A DNA stretch of 64,000 nucleotides from an uncultured Actinomycetota bacterium (GCA_963743915.1 CAVURN010000003.1:128001-192000); one strand, 5' to 3'; counted from the stretch's first letter, positions 31,919-44,103 are shown. Translations and numbers: made by a program. Notes: generated from the sequence alone by a model not told the origin.

Positions 31919-32882
31919 TCGTCCTCCTCGTCCACCGGCACCGAACGCAGCCAGCCCTCCACCTCGTCCAGCGCGGGCTGCCCGTCGGTGCCGCCCGACC
32001 GACCGGTCGACAGCGTCCCGGCGATCACCGCCATGGCCAAACAGGTGGCTGCGTCGCGCCCGAGCAGCCGTCCGGCCAGGAATGCCGCGTCGAAGGTGTC
32101 GCCCGCACCCACGGCATCGACGAAGTCGACCGGCGGCGTCCGCACCGCCCGGTACGTGCGCCCACCCACACGCGCCACGCCCCCGCGCTCGCCCCGCTTC
32201 ACCGCCGACGTCGCAGCCGAGCTCGGCGACCGTTGCGAGCGCGCGGTCGAGGATCGGCGAGCGGGTGATCGCGGTGAGCTCAGCCTCGTTCGGCAGGAAC
32301 ACGTCGGTCTCCCGCAGCAGGCTCTGGACGTCCCACCGCTCCGCAGGATCCCAGTTCGTGTCGACCGACGTGGTCGCACCTGCGGCCCGGAAGCGCCGGA
32401 AGGCGTCGGGAAGGGCCTCCCGGTACTCCGGAGTCATCAGGTGGTACGACGCCGCGTGCACGTGCCGGGCCGGGATGATCAGGCAGCGCCGCCAGGTCGT
32501 CCGGCGTCAGGGCGGAGATCGTGCCGGACGCCGTGAGCACCGCGCGGTCGTCCCCCCGGTTGAGGATCACCGACATCCCCGTGGGCCGGTACGCGTCGAC
32601 GACCAGGTGCTCGAGGTCGACGCCCGCCTCGGCGAGCTTCACCGTCATCAGCCGTCCGAGGTCGTCGTTGCCCACCACCGCGCACAGACCGACCCGCAGA
32701 CCGAGCCGGGCAGCCCCCATCGCGGTGATGGCGCCCGAGCCGCCCACCACCAGCGCCGCGGAGTCGACGAGCTGCTCCGCCTGCCCGAACCGCGGTTCGA
32801 GGTCGGGCGAGGAGACGATCACGTCGGGGTTGGCGTCCCCCACGACGAGGAGGTCGAGCTCGGCCACTCCGCTCTCGGCCAC
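31915..32882 (-). CDS. PfkB-family sugar kinase (frameshifted)
   Basis: GGSGAITA..ARLG, VGNDDLG, DTNWDP, PNEAE, DAVGAGDTF. Confidence 0.9.
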
Positions 32883-32904
32883 GGGGTCCTCTCGTCCAGG
32901 GCGG

Positions 32905-34212
32905 TCAGTGCAGATAGCTCGGAAGGTGCTCGCGCTGTGCGTCCACCATCTCGTCGAACATCTCACGGATCTGCTGCAGCTCGCACGCCGCTGCCGTCAG
33001 CGGGTCGAGCATCAGTGCGTGCACGGCCGCCTCACGGTCCCGCTCCAGGATCGAGGTCACCGCCAGGTCGTTGAACTCCTGGTGGCGCCGGACCAGGGAC
33101 GCCAGATGCGGCGGCAAGGAGCCGAACGGCTGCGGGTGGATGCCGTCGGCGTCCACCACTGCTGCGACCTCGACCGCGTTGTCAGGAAGCAGGTTGTCGA
33201 CCCAGCCCTCGTTGGGCGTGGTCACGTAGACCGTCGTGGGAGTCCCGGAGGTCATGGCCTCGACGATGTGCGAGGGGTACTCACCGCCGCGTTCCATCGG
33301 GAACTCGCGCGTGCCGTCCAGCACCGCGCGCAGCATCTCGTCGTTCTCGCGACGCCACGTCGGCCAGTTGTGCGCATAGAAGCCGGACTCGCCGATGTAC
33401 TCCTTGCCCGTCCACCGCTTCACGAGGTCGGGGTGGGTGCGGAAGTAGGGCAGGTACTCCGAGACGTGACCGCTGCTCTCGGTGGGGAACGCCCCGAGCT
33501 GGTACATCAGCTCGAACCGCACCGGGTCCTGCTCGAGCACCTCGGGGATGCGACCACGTTCGCGCAGCATCGGGTAGAGGTCCTCACCGTTGCGTGTCAG
33601 CTCGACCAGCCACGCCAGGTGGTTCACACCGGCGGCCCGGAACTCGATCTCCTTCTTGTCGAGCTGCAGGTAGTCGGCGAGGTTCTCGACGGTGTAGTGC
33701 ACCGAGTGGCACATGCCCCACACGGGGATCTGCGACGCCCGGGACGCCGCGAGCACCGTCATCGACATCGGGTTCGTGTGGTTGAGCACCATCGCGTCCG
33801 GGCAGAGCCGTTCGACGTCGGCGAGGATCTCCAGGAAGGTCGGGATCGTGCGGAGCGCCTTGAAGAGGCCCCCGGGGCCGATGGTGTCGCCGATGCACTG
33901 GTCGACGCCGTACTTCATCGGGATGTCGTAGTCGAAGCCCACCGTGGCCAGGCCGGCCACCTCGATGGTGCTGATGACGACGGTCGATCCGGGCAGCAGC
34001 TCGGTCCGGTCGACCGACGACTTCACCGTCCAGTCGCGGCCCGAGCGCTCGATCAGGTAGTCGGCGAACCGGTGAGCGAGCGCCAGACGTTCGGCGTCGA
34101 TGTCGACCAGACGGAACTCACCGGCGTCCAGCCCAGGGGCCGACAGGAAGTCGGTCATCAGCTCGGCGGCGAACACGGTGCTGCCGGCACCGATGATGGT
34201 GAGGACGGTCAT
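32905..34212 (-). CDS. GH4 NAD+/Mn2+-dependent glycosidase, MelA-like alpha-galactosidase
   Basis: IIGAGSTVF, IGDTIGPGG, NHTNPM, GMCHS, AGVNH, TESSGH.SEY. Confidence 0.9.
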   Translation of the reverse strand: MTVLTIIGAGSTVFAAELMTDFLSAPGLDAGEFRLVDIDAERLALAHRFADYLIERSGRDWTVKSSVDRTELLPGSTVVISTIEVAGLATVGFDYDIPMKYGVDQCIGDTIGPGGLFKALRTIPTFLEILADVERLCPDAMVLNHTNPMSMTVLAASRASQIPVWGMCHSVHYTVENLADYLQLDKKEIEFRAAGVNHLAWLVELTRNGEDLYPMLRERGRIPEVLEQDPVRFELMYQLGAFPTESSGHVSEYLPYFRTHPDLVKRWTGKEYIGESGFYAHNWPTWRRENDEMLRAVLDGTREFPMERGGEYPSHIVEAMTSGTPTTVYVTTPNEGWVDNLLPDNAVEVAAVVDADGIHPQPFGSLPPHLASLVRRHQEFNDLAVTSILERDREAAVHALMLDPLTAAACELQQIREMFDEMVDAQREHLPSYLH

Positions 34213-34213
34213 G

Positions 34214-35105
34214 TCACTTGCCTCCCGTCAGGGTCAGGCCGGTCACGATCCAGCGCTGAGTGGCGATGAAGAAGATGAGCACCGGAATCACCATCAGCAC
34301 CGAGGCCGCCATCACGAGGTTCGTCTGCGCCGAGTGCTGGGTGGAGTACCAGCTCAGGATCACCGGAATGGTGCGCTTCTCGTTCTCGGTGAGGACGATG
34401 AGCGGCCACAGGTAGGCATTCCAGTGGAACATGAAGGTGAGCAGCCCCAGCGTGGCCAGCGCCGGCTTGATCTGCGGCAGCACGACCGAGCGGTAGATCC
34501 GGAACTCCGACGCCCCGTCCACCCGGGCAGACTCGATCTGCTCGTCGGGCAGTGACCGGATGAACTGCCGCATGACCAGGATGGCGAAGGGGTCGATCGC
34601 TGCGGTGACGATCAAGCCCCAGAGGTTGTTGAGCAGCCCGATCTCGACTCAGGATCAGGTAGTTGGGGATCATCAGCACGCTGGCCGGCACCATCATCAA
34701 CGCCATCAGGTACCAGAACAGGATGTCGCGTCCCCGGAACACGTACTTGGCGAAGATGTAGCCGAGGACCGAGGAGGTGAAGAGCGTGATGACGACGTTG
34801 CTGACCGCTACGAAGAGAGAGTTCCGGTAGAAGGTCCACAGCGGCAGCGTCGGGTCTTCGAGGATCGTGGTGAAGTTCTCGAGCGTCCACTCCTGGGGGA
34901 GGAAGGTCGGGGGAATCTGCCGGATGTCCGGACCGGTCTTGAAGGCGCCGAAGATCATCCACAGGAACGGCAATGCCGCGATGACGGCACCCACGACCAG
35001 CACCACGTACATGACGATCCGGCCGACAGGAACCCGCTTGCGCGGCGGACGGACGACCGTGATGTCGGACTCGCGTGGCAGCTCTGCTGCAGAGACGACG
35101 GCCAT
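34214..35105 (-). CDS. Carbohydrate ABC permease, MalG-like (frameshifted)
   Basis: ESARVDGAS loop, WNAYLWPLI. Confidence 0.9.
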
Positions 35106-36121
35106 CAGTACGACCACTTCGTCCGGAGCAGCCGCGACTGCAGCAGAGTGATCAGCAGGACGATCGCCAGCAGCACGAGTGACTCGGCGGCTGCCCAGCC
35201 CATGGACTGGAAACGAAAGGCGTTCTCGTAGATGTCCAGCGACATCACCCGCGTCTGGTTGTCCGGGCCACCCAGCGTCATCACCTGGAACAGGTCGAAC
35301 ACCTGGAACGACGAGATCATCGTCAGGATCGCCACGAGCAGGATCGTGGGCTTCAGCAGCGGCAGCGTCACGTACCGGAACCGCTGCCAGGCGTTGGCAC
35401 CGTCGAGCAGCGAGGCCTCGTTCAGCTGACGTGGGATGCCCTGCAGCGCAGCGATGAAGATGACCAGGTTGTAGCCGATGTCCATCCACAGGTAGGTGAT
35501 GGTCACCGCGATCAGGGCGATGGGGACACCGAGCACGGTCAGGGTCGGGTCGTTCAACCACGAGATCACGGTCGTGTCGCCGGTGAACTTGGTGATGAGG
35601 CCGTTGAGCAGCCCGTACTGCGGGTTCAGCACGTACTGCCAGATCACTGCCACGGCGACGGCGGATGTCAGCACCGGCATGAAGAAGACGGTGCGAAGGA
35701 ACGGACGCAGGCGTCGGGCGGCCGACTCGATCATCACCGCCAGCGGCAGCGTGATGAGCAGGTTGAGCGGCAGCACCAGGAAGGCGAAGACCAGGGTGAC
35801 GATGACCGACGTCTGAAAGGTCTGCGTCAGCTGGGACGCCTGGTCGGAGAAGTCGAAGAGCTGCTGGAAGTTCTCGAGCCCGACGAACGGGTTGTCGCCC
35901 CCGAGGCCGCCGATCGTGGCGCCCTCACGTCGCGGACTGTAGTTGAAGAGCGAGAGCGCGAACACCCACACCAGCGGCAGCAGCGTGAAGAACGCAAGGT
36001 AGACCAGGATCGGCGAAAGGACGATCGTGCGGAACCGGCGCTGAGGTGCGTCCAACGCCCCCCGTGACCGACGCGACGGAGGCGGGGTCACGGGGGGGCG
36101 GACGGCTGTCTCGGCTGACAT
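35105..36121 (-). CDS. Carbohydrate ABC permease, MalF-like
   Basis: FVGLENF, ALQGIP..LNEASLLDGA..FRYVTLPLL, GGPDNQT. Confidence 0.92.
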   Translation of the reverse strand: MSAETAVRPPVTPPPSRRSRGALDAPQRRFRTIVLSPILVYLAFFTLLPLVWVFALSLFNYSPRREGATIGGLGGDNPFVGLENFQQLFDFSDQASQLTQTFQTSVIVTLVFAFLVLPLNLLITLPLAVMIESAARRLRPFLRTVFFMPVLTSAVAVAVIWQYVLNPQYGLLNGLITKFTGDTTVISWLNDPTLTVLGVPIALIAVTITYLWMDIGYNLVIFIAALQGIPRQLNEASLLDGANAWQRFRYVTLPLLKPTILLVAILTMISSFQVFDLFQVMTLGGPDNQTRVMSLDIYENAFRFQSMGWAAAESLVLLAIVLLITLLQSRLLRTKWSY

Positions 36122-36136
36122 GGTTCGGCGTCCTCG

Positions 36137-37426
36137 CTAGAGGGCGTTCGCCTCCTGCTCGATCGACGCCAGCGCGTCCGCGGTGCTCTTCTGCCCGTTC
36201 AGCACGTCGAGCACGTTGGGCACGATGATCTTGTAGAAGAGCCGGTCACGGTCAGGCAGGCTACCGAGGTACTGAGCGTCGCCGAGGATGTTGAGCCACG
36301 GCTCCATGAACGGCGGCGTTGGCGACGAGCTCGTCGCGCGCCGTCCCCTCCGCGTTCTCCTTGAGTGCGGGCAGCGTTCCGGTGCCGAGGTTCCATTGCA
36401 GGGCGTTGTCGGCGTTGTTGGCGACGTAGTTCACGAAGTCCCACGCCAGCTCCTGCTCCGGGCTGTTCGACGAGACGGTCAGGCCCCAGCCGGAGTCGGC
36501 GGCGAAGTTCCCGTTCTCGAGCGTCGGCAGTGCCACGTACTCGGTGACCGCCGCGACCTCGGGAAAGTCGGCTTCGTACTCGGGCACGACCCACGGCCCG
36601 ACCAGGCCCATGGCGCACAGCTCGGTGAAGAAGCAGTCGCCCACCCAGTTGGCGGTGTCGGTGTACAGCGTCGGGATCGACGATGCCCTCGTCGACGAAG
36701 CTCTTCATCAGGTCCATCGACGCGGTCGCTTCCGGCGTCTGGAAGGTGAAGGTGCCGTCGTCGGCCAGATAGCTGCCACCGTTCTGCAGGATCAGCGACA
36801 GGAAGGTGTACGAGATCCCGTCGTTGGTGGTGAAGTGGTAGCCGGCGCGCGTGATCTCGCCGTCCTCGGTGACGGTCATCGCCTTGGCGTCGGCCTTGAA
36901 GTCGTCGTAGGAGTCCCAGCCGTCGAGGGCCACGTCGGCGTCCTCGGCCATCGCGGTGTTGACCAGCGTGGCGCCGTACTCGACGTTGGACTCCTGCGGC
37001 ATCCCGTAGAGCGCGTCGTCGCACTGGTAGCCGCCGAGCGGGCCCGGGAAGAACGCGCTCCTCCGCATCGGCCGAGGAGAGCACGTCCTCGGGCACGGTG
37101 GACAGGTTCGACGAGTAGCTGCACGTCCAGCTGCCGAACATCTGCAGGATGTCAGCCTCGTTGCCGGCGGGCAGCGATGTCTGCAGCGTCTGGATGTAGG
37201 TGTCGTAGTCGAATGTCTCGAGCTCGATCTGCGCGTCAGGGTTCTCCGCCTCGTACGACGCGATGAGCGCCTCGTACGACTTGTTGAACGACTTGTTGAT
37301 GTGCGTCCAGATCGTGATGGTGCCGCCCGGAGCCGCAGCGTCCTCGTCGTCGTTGGAGGAAGAGCAGCCGGTCGCCAGCAAGGCGAGCGCCATCGCTCCC
37401 ACCGCAAGGGTTCGTGCGCTTCTCAT
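36137..37426 (-). CDS. Sugar ABC substrate-binding lipoprotein (frameshifted)
   Basis: Lipobox LATGC; FEAENPD-like start region, LYGMP, GWGLTV..AWDFV. Confidence 0.85.
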
Positions 37427-38455
37427 GCTTCCTCCTCGTTCAGGACGTCTCGGGCGAGCCGTCCAGGTGGATCACTGCTGTCAGGTGTCGGGGATGGTCG
37501 GGATCGAGCCCCTTGGCGAGCGAACGCTCGAGGGCGAGCAGCTGCAGGGGCAGCAGGTAGAGGGCCGGGGCGGCCCAGCTGGGGACCTGCGGGGGGATCT
37601 GGTCGGCCGAGCCGATGGTCACCAGGTGCGCCCCGAACGGCGCGATGTCGGTCGAGCACCGCCTGCTCGAGCGGTGCCCGCTCGCGTGAGAGCAGCGCGA
37701 TGACGACGGCCGAGGCGTCGCACATCGACATGGGCCCGTGCCGGAACTCCATGGAGTGGTAGGCCTCGGACGCCGTGAGCGACATCTCCTTGAGCTTGAG
37801 CATGCCCTCGGACGCGATGCCGAAGAGCGGTCCGGAGCCGAGGAAGTAGAACGCCTCGATCGAGGAGTCGCGCCGCGAGGGCAGCCATCGCGTCCCGCGA
37901 GTGGGTGAGGATTCCGGCGGCAGCTGAGGGAAGGGTGTCGAGCACCCCGAGGTCCGCTCCGCGCAGGGCGCCGGCCACCGCGGAGGCGATGACCTGCATC
38001 GAGGTGAACGAGCGCGTCTGCGCGACGGACTGCTCGGCCGCAGCCGGGGCTGCCCAGACGACGTCGGAGGCATCCGCCAGGGCCGAGTCGGGATAGCAGG
38101 TGACGGTGGCCACGCGGGCACCGCCGAGGCGTCGGAAGTGCTCGACCGCCCGCACCGTCTCCGTCGTCGTCCCCGATCGCGAGATGGCCAGCAGCAGGGT
38201 CCGCTGCGGGTCGACCAGCCGTGGCTGCGCCTGCTCGAGCAGCTCGGACGCCGGCAGCGCCCAGGCGCGACGACCGGCGTCCCGCAGCAGGGCGGCCGCG
38301 GTCATCGCCAGGTAGTGCGTGGACCCGCAGCCGGTCACGAGCACGTCGGTGATGCCGTCGAAGGCGGAGACGAACGAGAGGGGGTCGAGCGCGTCGAGCG
38401 TCTGCTGCCACACCTCGGGCTGCGACAGGATCTCCTTCTCGGTGTGCGTCGTCAT
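37423..38455 (-). CDS. SIS-domain sugar-phosphate isomerase/deaminase, AgaS/GlmS-C-like (frameshifted)
   Basis: EILSQP, GCGST, AISRSGTTTET, QTRSFTS, FLGSG..EGMLKLKEM..EFRHGP. Confidence 0.85.
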
Positions 38456-39234
38456 GGGGCCAGCTCCGCGACGACGACCTGGGTACCGGCGGCTCGCAGC
38501 TCGTCGATGACAGCGGGCGGAGCGCCGGGATCGGTGACCACGGTGTGTAGCGCGTCCAGCGGGACGACCTGCCGGGTGCTGACGCGCCCGAGCTTGGTGT
38601 GGTCGGCGAGCACGACGGTGCGTTGCGCCATGGCGATGAAGGCCGAGTCGGTGGCCGCCTCGACATCGCCGTCCGCGGTGAACCCGTGCTGGCTGTCGAG
38701 CGCGGGCACGCCGAGGAACGCGGTGCTGGCCCGGTAGGAGCGAATGCCGTCGACGGCACGCGGGCCGACGAGCGAGAGCTCGGGCGCACGCAGCGTGCCG
38801 CCGACCACGATCACCTGTCCGCGCTGACCCCGGGAGAGCTCGCTCGCCACCGGCAGCGAGTTGGTGACGACGGTGACGTCCGCGTCCACGCAGCAGCTCG
38901 GCCAGGCGCAGCGTGGTGGAGCCACCCCCGAGGAAGAGGGTGTCTCCCTGACCGACCATGGTGGCGGCGACCCGCGCGATCGCCTTCTTCTCCAGCACCT
39001 GCACGACTGCTGCGCGCCGGGAAAGGCAGCTCACGGACCTGGGTGGCGACCGCGCCGCCGTGCGTGCGCTGCACGACCCCGGAGCGCTGCAGGGCATCGA
39101 GGTCGCGGCGCACCGTGGCCTCGCTCACCCCGAGCCGGTCGGGTCAGCTCGCCGATGGTGACGGCGTCCGCACCCTCCAGCATCTGCTGGATCTGCGCCA
39201 GCCGGCTGACCCGCAGGGTGGATCGGCTCGCCAT
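38452..39234 (-). CDS. DeoR/GlpR-family regulator (frameshifted)
   Basis: VSEATVRRDL..RTHGGA, EKKAIA, GGGSTT, VVTNSL, LADHTK. Confidence 0.9.
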
Positions 39235-39270
39235 GCTCGGATCCTGCTCGTTTCTGCGTCGAATCTGTCA

Positions 39271-39289
39271 AGAACTTTCAGGAAGTTCT
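39271..39289. promoter_or_regulatory. Palindromic operator in the deoR/ATPase divergent region
   Basis: AGAACTT-TCAGG-AAGTTCT. Confidence 0.55.
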
Positions 39290-39374
39290 GGTCGAACTGG
39301 TACTTCGTGCGGCAGAATCACGGACGCCGTGAGCGTTTCGCTCACTGCTTCGGCCCCGGCCGTCAGGAGGTGAC

Positions 39375-40516
39375 ATGGCCCCGATCGTGCTCGAGGGCGT
39401 CACGAAGGTCTTCCCGGACGGCACCACCGCCGTGCGCGAGGTCGACCTGACCGTGGCGTCCGGGGAGTTCATGGTGCTCGTCGGACCGTCCGGCTGCGGC
39501 AAGTCGACGCTGCTGCGGATGATCGCCGGGCTCGAGCAGACCACCGAGGGACGCATCCTGATCGGCGACCGGGACGTCACGCAACGCCGCACCGCGGGAC
39601 CGCGACGTCGCGATGGTGTTCCAGAACTACGCGCTCTACCCGCACATGTCGGTGCGCGACAACCTCGGCTTCTCGCTCAAGGTCGGGGGCACCCCGAAGG
39701 CCGAGCTGCGCGAGCGGGTCGACGAGCGTGGCGTCCATGCTCGGACTGAGCGACTACCTGGACCGCAAGCCAGGACAGCTCTCCGGCGGTCAGCGGCAGC
39801 GCGTCGCGATGGGGCGCGCCATCGTCCGTCAGCCGACGGCGTACCTGATGGACGAGCCGCTCTCGAACCTCGACGCCAAGCTGCGCGTCTCGATGCGGGC
39901 CGAGCTGACCAACCTGCACAAGCGGCTCGGCGTCACCACGGTGTACGTCACGCACGACCAGATCGAGGCCATGACCCTCGGTCAGCGCGTCGCGGTGATC
40001 GAGGAAGGCACCGTGCAGCAGGTGGCACAGCCGCAGGAGCTCTACCGGCGTCCGGCCAACGTCTTCGTCGCCACCTTCATCGGTTCACCGTCGATGAACG
40101 TGGCGCAGGCCGAGGTCGTCGACGACACGCTCCGGTTCGGCGCTTTCACGCTGCCGATCCCCGAGCGGCTGCGCCCGGTCGTCGGCACCCGCTCGACGGT
40201 GATCGCCGGGCTCCGCCCAGAGGCGTTCAGCACCGCCGGCTCCGGCGTCCAGGTCACCGTCGACGCTGCCGCCGTCGAGAACCTCGGCACCGAGTCACAC
40301 GTCTTCTTCGGCGTCGACGCCCCGCCCGTGGGCGTCGCCACGCACCGCGTGGTCGACGACTCCGGTCCGGCGATCGTCGAAGGGACATCGACGGTGTTCA
40401 TCGCCCGGCTCGGGCCAGACTCCGAGGTGCAGCCTGGCTCCACGCTCACCCTCTGCGTCGACGCCGAGCGCCTCTACCTCTTCGACGCCGACACCGGCGT
40501 CACCCTGCTGGCCTGA
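39375..40516 (+). CDS. Sugar ABC ATPase, MalK/MsmK-like (frameshifted)
   Basis: [46 protein letters not shown]. Confidence 0.92.
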
Positions 40517-40520
40517 CAAC

Positions 40521-40605
40521 GCCGAGTGCGGTGCTGGTTGACGGCTCCGCCGTCAACCAGCACCGCACTCGGCAGGCTGTGACGTCAACCAGCACTGCAC
40601 TCGGC
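40521..40605. repeat. REP-like element, copy B (hairpin plus extra right arm)
   Basis: GCCGAGTGCGGTGCTGGTTGACGG-loop-CCGTCAACCAGCACCGCACTCGGC plus CGTCAACCAGCACTGCACTCGGC. Confidence 0.9.
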
Positions 40606-40612
40606 GGGCCCT

Positions 40613-40882
40613 TCAGCCGGCGAGGATCTTGGCCTTCTCCGACTCGAACTCGGCCTCGGTCAAGATGCCCTGAGCCTTCAGCTCACCAAGCTCCTTGAGC
40701 TTGGTCAGCTTGTCGTCGCCGCCGGACGCCGGAGCGGCCGCTGGCGGCGGAGGGGGCGGGGCCTGCTGCTGGTCCTGCTGTGCCCACTTGTTGGCCTGGC
40801 GGCGGGACACGTTGTTGGACACGTGGGTCGCGGTACCGGCGATGACCGCCGTGCGGGCGACGCCTCGGATGAGACCTGGCAT
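40613..40882 (-). CDS. SHOCT-domain protein
   Basis: [55 protein letters not shown]. Confidence 0.9.
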   Translation of the reverse strand: MPGLIRGVARTAVIAGTATHVSNNVSRRQANKWAQQDQQQAPPPPPPAAAPASGGDDKLTKLKELGELKAQGILTEAEFESEKAKILAG

Positions 40883-40900
40883 GAGCGGCTCCTTGTCAGT

Positions 40901-41344
40901 TCAGTCTTCGATGCCGAGCGCGGCGAGCAGCGCCTGGACCGGGATTCGTCCGGCGGCCACCAGCTGACCGCCGCCACGCCGCACCGCTGCCGCGAACGGC
41001 GCCGCCCAGCGGTTCTCGTACACCAGCAGGGCGGCCGAGCTGCCGCCCTCGACCGCCGCGGCGGCCTCGTTGATGTCGTCCTCGCCGAGGATGCCCGAGG
41101 ATGCGCCCTCGAAGATGGCCAGGTCGAGCGACCCGTCACCGTCGAAGTCGGCGATCTCGACGACCGCCACCGAGCCGTCCTCGGCCTTGGTGAAGAACAC
41201 CAGGTCGAGCAGCCGGATGATGCCGCGGTCGACCAGATCGACCAGGATCGGCAGTCCCTCCCCAGTCATCCTGTTGCCGGGGAACTCCACGACGATGTAG
41301 TCGATCGGTCCCAGCTCGTCCACGCTGACATCCGCGATGCTCAT
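40901..41344 (-). CDS. DUF6325-family protein
   Basis: LGPIDYIVVEFPG..LVDRGIIRLLDL..LLVYENRWAAPFA..GGQLVAAGRIP. Confidence 0.85.
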   Translation of the reverse strand: MSIADVSVDELGPIDYIVVEFPGNRMTGEGLPILVDLVDRGIIRLLDLVFFTKAEDGSVAVVEIADFDGDGSLDLAIFEGASSGILGEDDINEAAAAVEGGSSAALLVYENRWAAPFAAAVRRGGGQLVAAGRIPVQALLAALGIED

Positions 41345-41376
41345 CGAGGGCGCCTTCCTGTTCTCGAAGTGTGGTC

Positions 41377-41781
41377 CTAGACCTTGGTGATGTCGCGTCC
41401 GTGCGCCGTCACCGACCAGATGATGAAGACGTTGAGGATGATGATGATGATGCTCCACCACGGCTGGTAGGGCAGCCACAGGAAGTTCGCCACGGCACTG
41501 AGCGAGGCGATGATCACGGCCAGGGTGCGGGCCCAAATGGCACCCTGCAGCAACGCAAGGCCGGCCAGGAACAGGATCACGCCCATGAGCAGGTGGATCC
41601 AGCCCCACGTCGTGGTGTCGAACTTGAAGACGTACTCGGATCCGATGACGAAGGTCTCGTCGTTGACGAGAGCCGCGATACCGGCGAAGAACTGGAAGGA
41701 GCCGACGATCATCAGGATCACGCTGGCGAACATGCTGCCGGCGACTGCGGCGCCGCTGTACCCACTGCTTTCGGACGACAT
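41377..41781 (-). CDS. 4-TM membrane protein, DUF7144-like
   Basis: FASVILMIVG.FQ..GIAAL..TTWGWIHL..WAR..NFLWLPYQPWWS. Confidence 0.85.
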   Translation of the reverse strand: MSSESSGYSGAAVAGSMFASVILMIVGSFQFFAGIAALVNDETFVIGSEYVFKFDTTTWGWIHLLMGVILFLAGLALLQGAIWARTLAVIIASLSAVANFLWLPYQPWWSIIIIILNVFIIWSVTAHGRDITKV

Positions 41782-41863
41782 TTGTGCCTCCTCGAACGTC
41801 CGGCCCCCTACCGGTGGCCATGAGCCTGCCCTGTCATGGTCCAGCGACACAAGTACCGACACA

Positions 41864-41880
41864 TCACCCCGATGGGATCA
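41864..41880. promoter_or_regulatory. 17-bp TCACCC-N5-GGRTSA site 1
   Basis: TCACCC CGATG GGATCA, 83 bp upstream of ATG 41781. Confidence 0.6.
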
Positions 41881-41896
41881 ACAACCCGACGGCAGC

Positions 41897-44103
41897 TCAG
41901 ACGCTGGGCAGCAGGCCTCGCGCTCGCGCTCGTTCGACGGCGTCCCCCCGTGAGGTCGCACCCAGCTTGCGGTAGATGGAGATCGCCTGGCTCTTGACCG
42001 TGTGCCGGGACAGGAACAGTGCCTCGGCGATCTGCGGGAAGGACAGGTGGGTCGGCAGGTACTGGAGTACGCGCAGCTCTGCGGTGCTGAGGGTCTGACC
42101 CGCCTCGTCCGCCGCGTCCACGCCGAGAAGATCCTCCGTCTCCGCCAGAAGAGCCGTCAGCACGGCCGACCCCTGACCGTCGCCGAAGAGCTCCTTCGCC
42201 TCCTGCAGCAGGACGCGCGCTCTTCTCGGATCATCCAGATGCAGCCACACTTGCGCGAGCACCAGGCGACCCTGGATCGCGAACCAGGGGAGGCTCGGAC
42301 CGATCAGAGCGGTGAGGCGCAGGGCGTGGTCGGCCTCGGCCCGAGCCTGGTCCCGGCGTCCGGCAGCCAGGTGCACCCGGGCCAGGGTCGTGTGGATGAC
42401 CGCCCCCGGCGGCAGGTACTGCAGCTGGTGCGCGGCCTGGATCTTCGACGCCCGCGCCGCCAAGCCATCGGCCCGCATCCAGGGCCTCGGTCTGCAGCGC
42501 CAGCATCGCTTCACCGGCGAGGGCGAAGGCGAGCAGGTGCGGCACCGGCACCCGCTCGGACAGATCCCTGCACGAGACCAGGTCCGCGGCCGCCCGCTCC
42601 TGACGTCCGAGCAGGCTCTCCGCGCTCGCCCGCAGGTAGTACGCGACCGTGAGCCAGGGCTCCTGGTCGGAGAAGCCTGCGATCGCGCGGCTCGTCCTCT
42701 CGACCATGCCGTCGAGTCCGCCGACACCGAGGAAGGCCTCGAGGATCGCCAGGTCGAGGTGGTAGCGGCCGCCCGCCGTCCTCATGCGCGACCCGACGGC
42801 TCACCGCCGCCGCGTAGTGGGAGATGCGCTCGGCGTCCCCGACGTGCGAGGCAGTCCACGCAGCGGTGAGCGCTAGTCCGCACTGCGCCTCCAGCCGCTC
42901 TTCGGGGATCCCGTCGATGAGGCGCTGGACCACGGAGTACTTGCCGGAACCCAGGAGCAGCCCCGAGTGCTCCCAGACGAGGTCGCCGAGGAAGCGGTCG
43001 TCGGCACACTGGCGGGCGTGAGCGACAGCAGGCTCCAGCTCACCGGCGTCGGCGTACCACTCGGCGGCGGCTCGGTGCGCGGCGTGGAACCGCTCGGTGG
43101 AGCGGGCACGTAGCTCACTGCGGAGGAAGTCGGAGAACATCTGGTGAAGCCGGAACGACTCGCCGTCGCCACGGACATGCCCAATGAGCTGGTTGTGGGC
43201 GGCGAGGGTTCGGAGCCGAGCCAGCGACCCGGGGGACCCGGAGACAGAGTCGCAGATCGGTCCGGACAGCTCGTCGAGCACGGAGACCGACATGAGGAAC
43301 GCCGCGTCGGACTCGGAGAGGGCGGCGAAGAGCTCGTCACGGATGTAGTCCGACATCCAGCTCGGCGCCCAGGCCGAGGGGTGGGTCTCGGCAACGAGCT
43401 CCGGCGAGGTCAAGATGGCGCGTCCGAGAAGGTAGACGCCGATCGGCCAGCCCTCGGTGAGCTCGACCACCCGCTCCAGCTGATCTCCGGGCAGGTGCAC
43501 CCCGAGCTCGTCCAGCAACAGCTGCGTCTCGTCGTCGTCGAGCGCGAGATCGTCCGAAGCGAGCTCAAGTGTGCGGCCGGTGCTGCGCAGACGCCGGATC
43601 GCCTGCGGAGTCTCTTCGCGACTGGCGACCACGATCTGCGAGCCAGCGGGCAGAGCGGCAGCAAGCGACGCCAGCAGTGCGTCCGTCGTCGGGTCGGTGA
43701 CGTTCATGGCGTCGTCCAGCACCAGGACGAAGGGCTCGTCCTGGCTGGCGACCATCCGTTCGAGGGACGGCAGCACCACCGAGAACCAGAGCGCGGAGTC
43801 GTGCACCACGGGCAGGGCTGACAGCCCCGGCGCCGGCCCCGACAGCTCGACGGCCAGTCGCTCCGCCAGCATGGCGGCGTTCGTCCCCACGGGGAGGGCG
43901 AGCCAGATGACCCGTCGGGGCTGGCGCTGCGTCCACTGGGCCACGAGGGTCGACTTGCCGTAGCCACCGGGTGCACTGAGCGAGATGACCCGCGCGTCGG
44001 CCGCGGCGTCCAGCCGCTCGAGCAGCCTCGTCCTGGGGACGACAGCTGAGGGCGGAACGACCGGGGCCGATCCCGCCTGGACGGGGCCCGGGCCGAGACT
44101 CAC
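41897..44103 (-). CDS. MalT-like large LuxR regulator (frameshifted)
   Basis: VPRTRLLERL, APGGYGKST, LVLDD, TEGWP, FRLHQMF; C-terminal LSTAELRVLQYLPTHLSFPQIA..SRHTVKSQ..IYRKLG. Confidence 0.9.
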
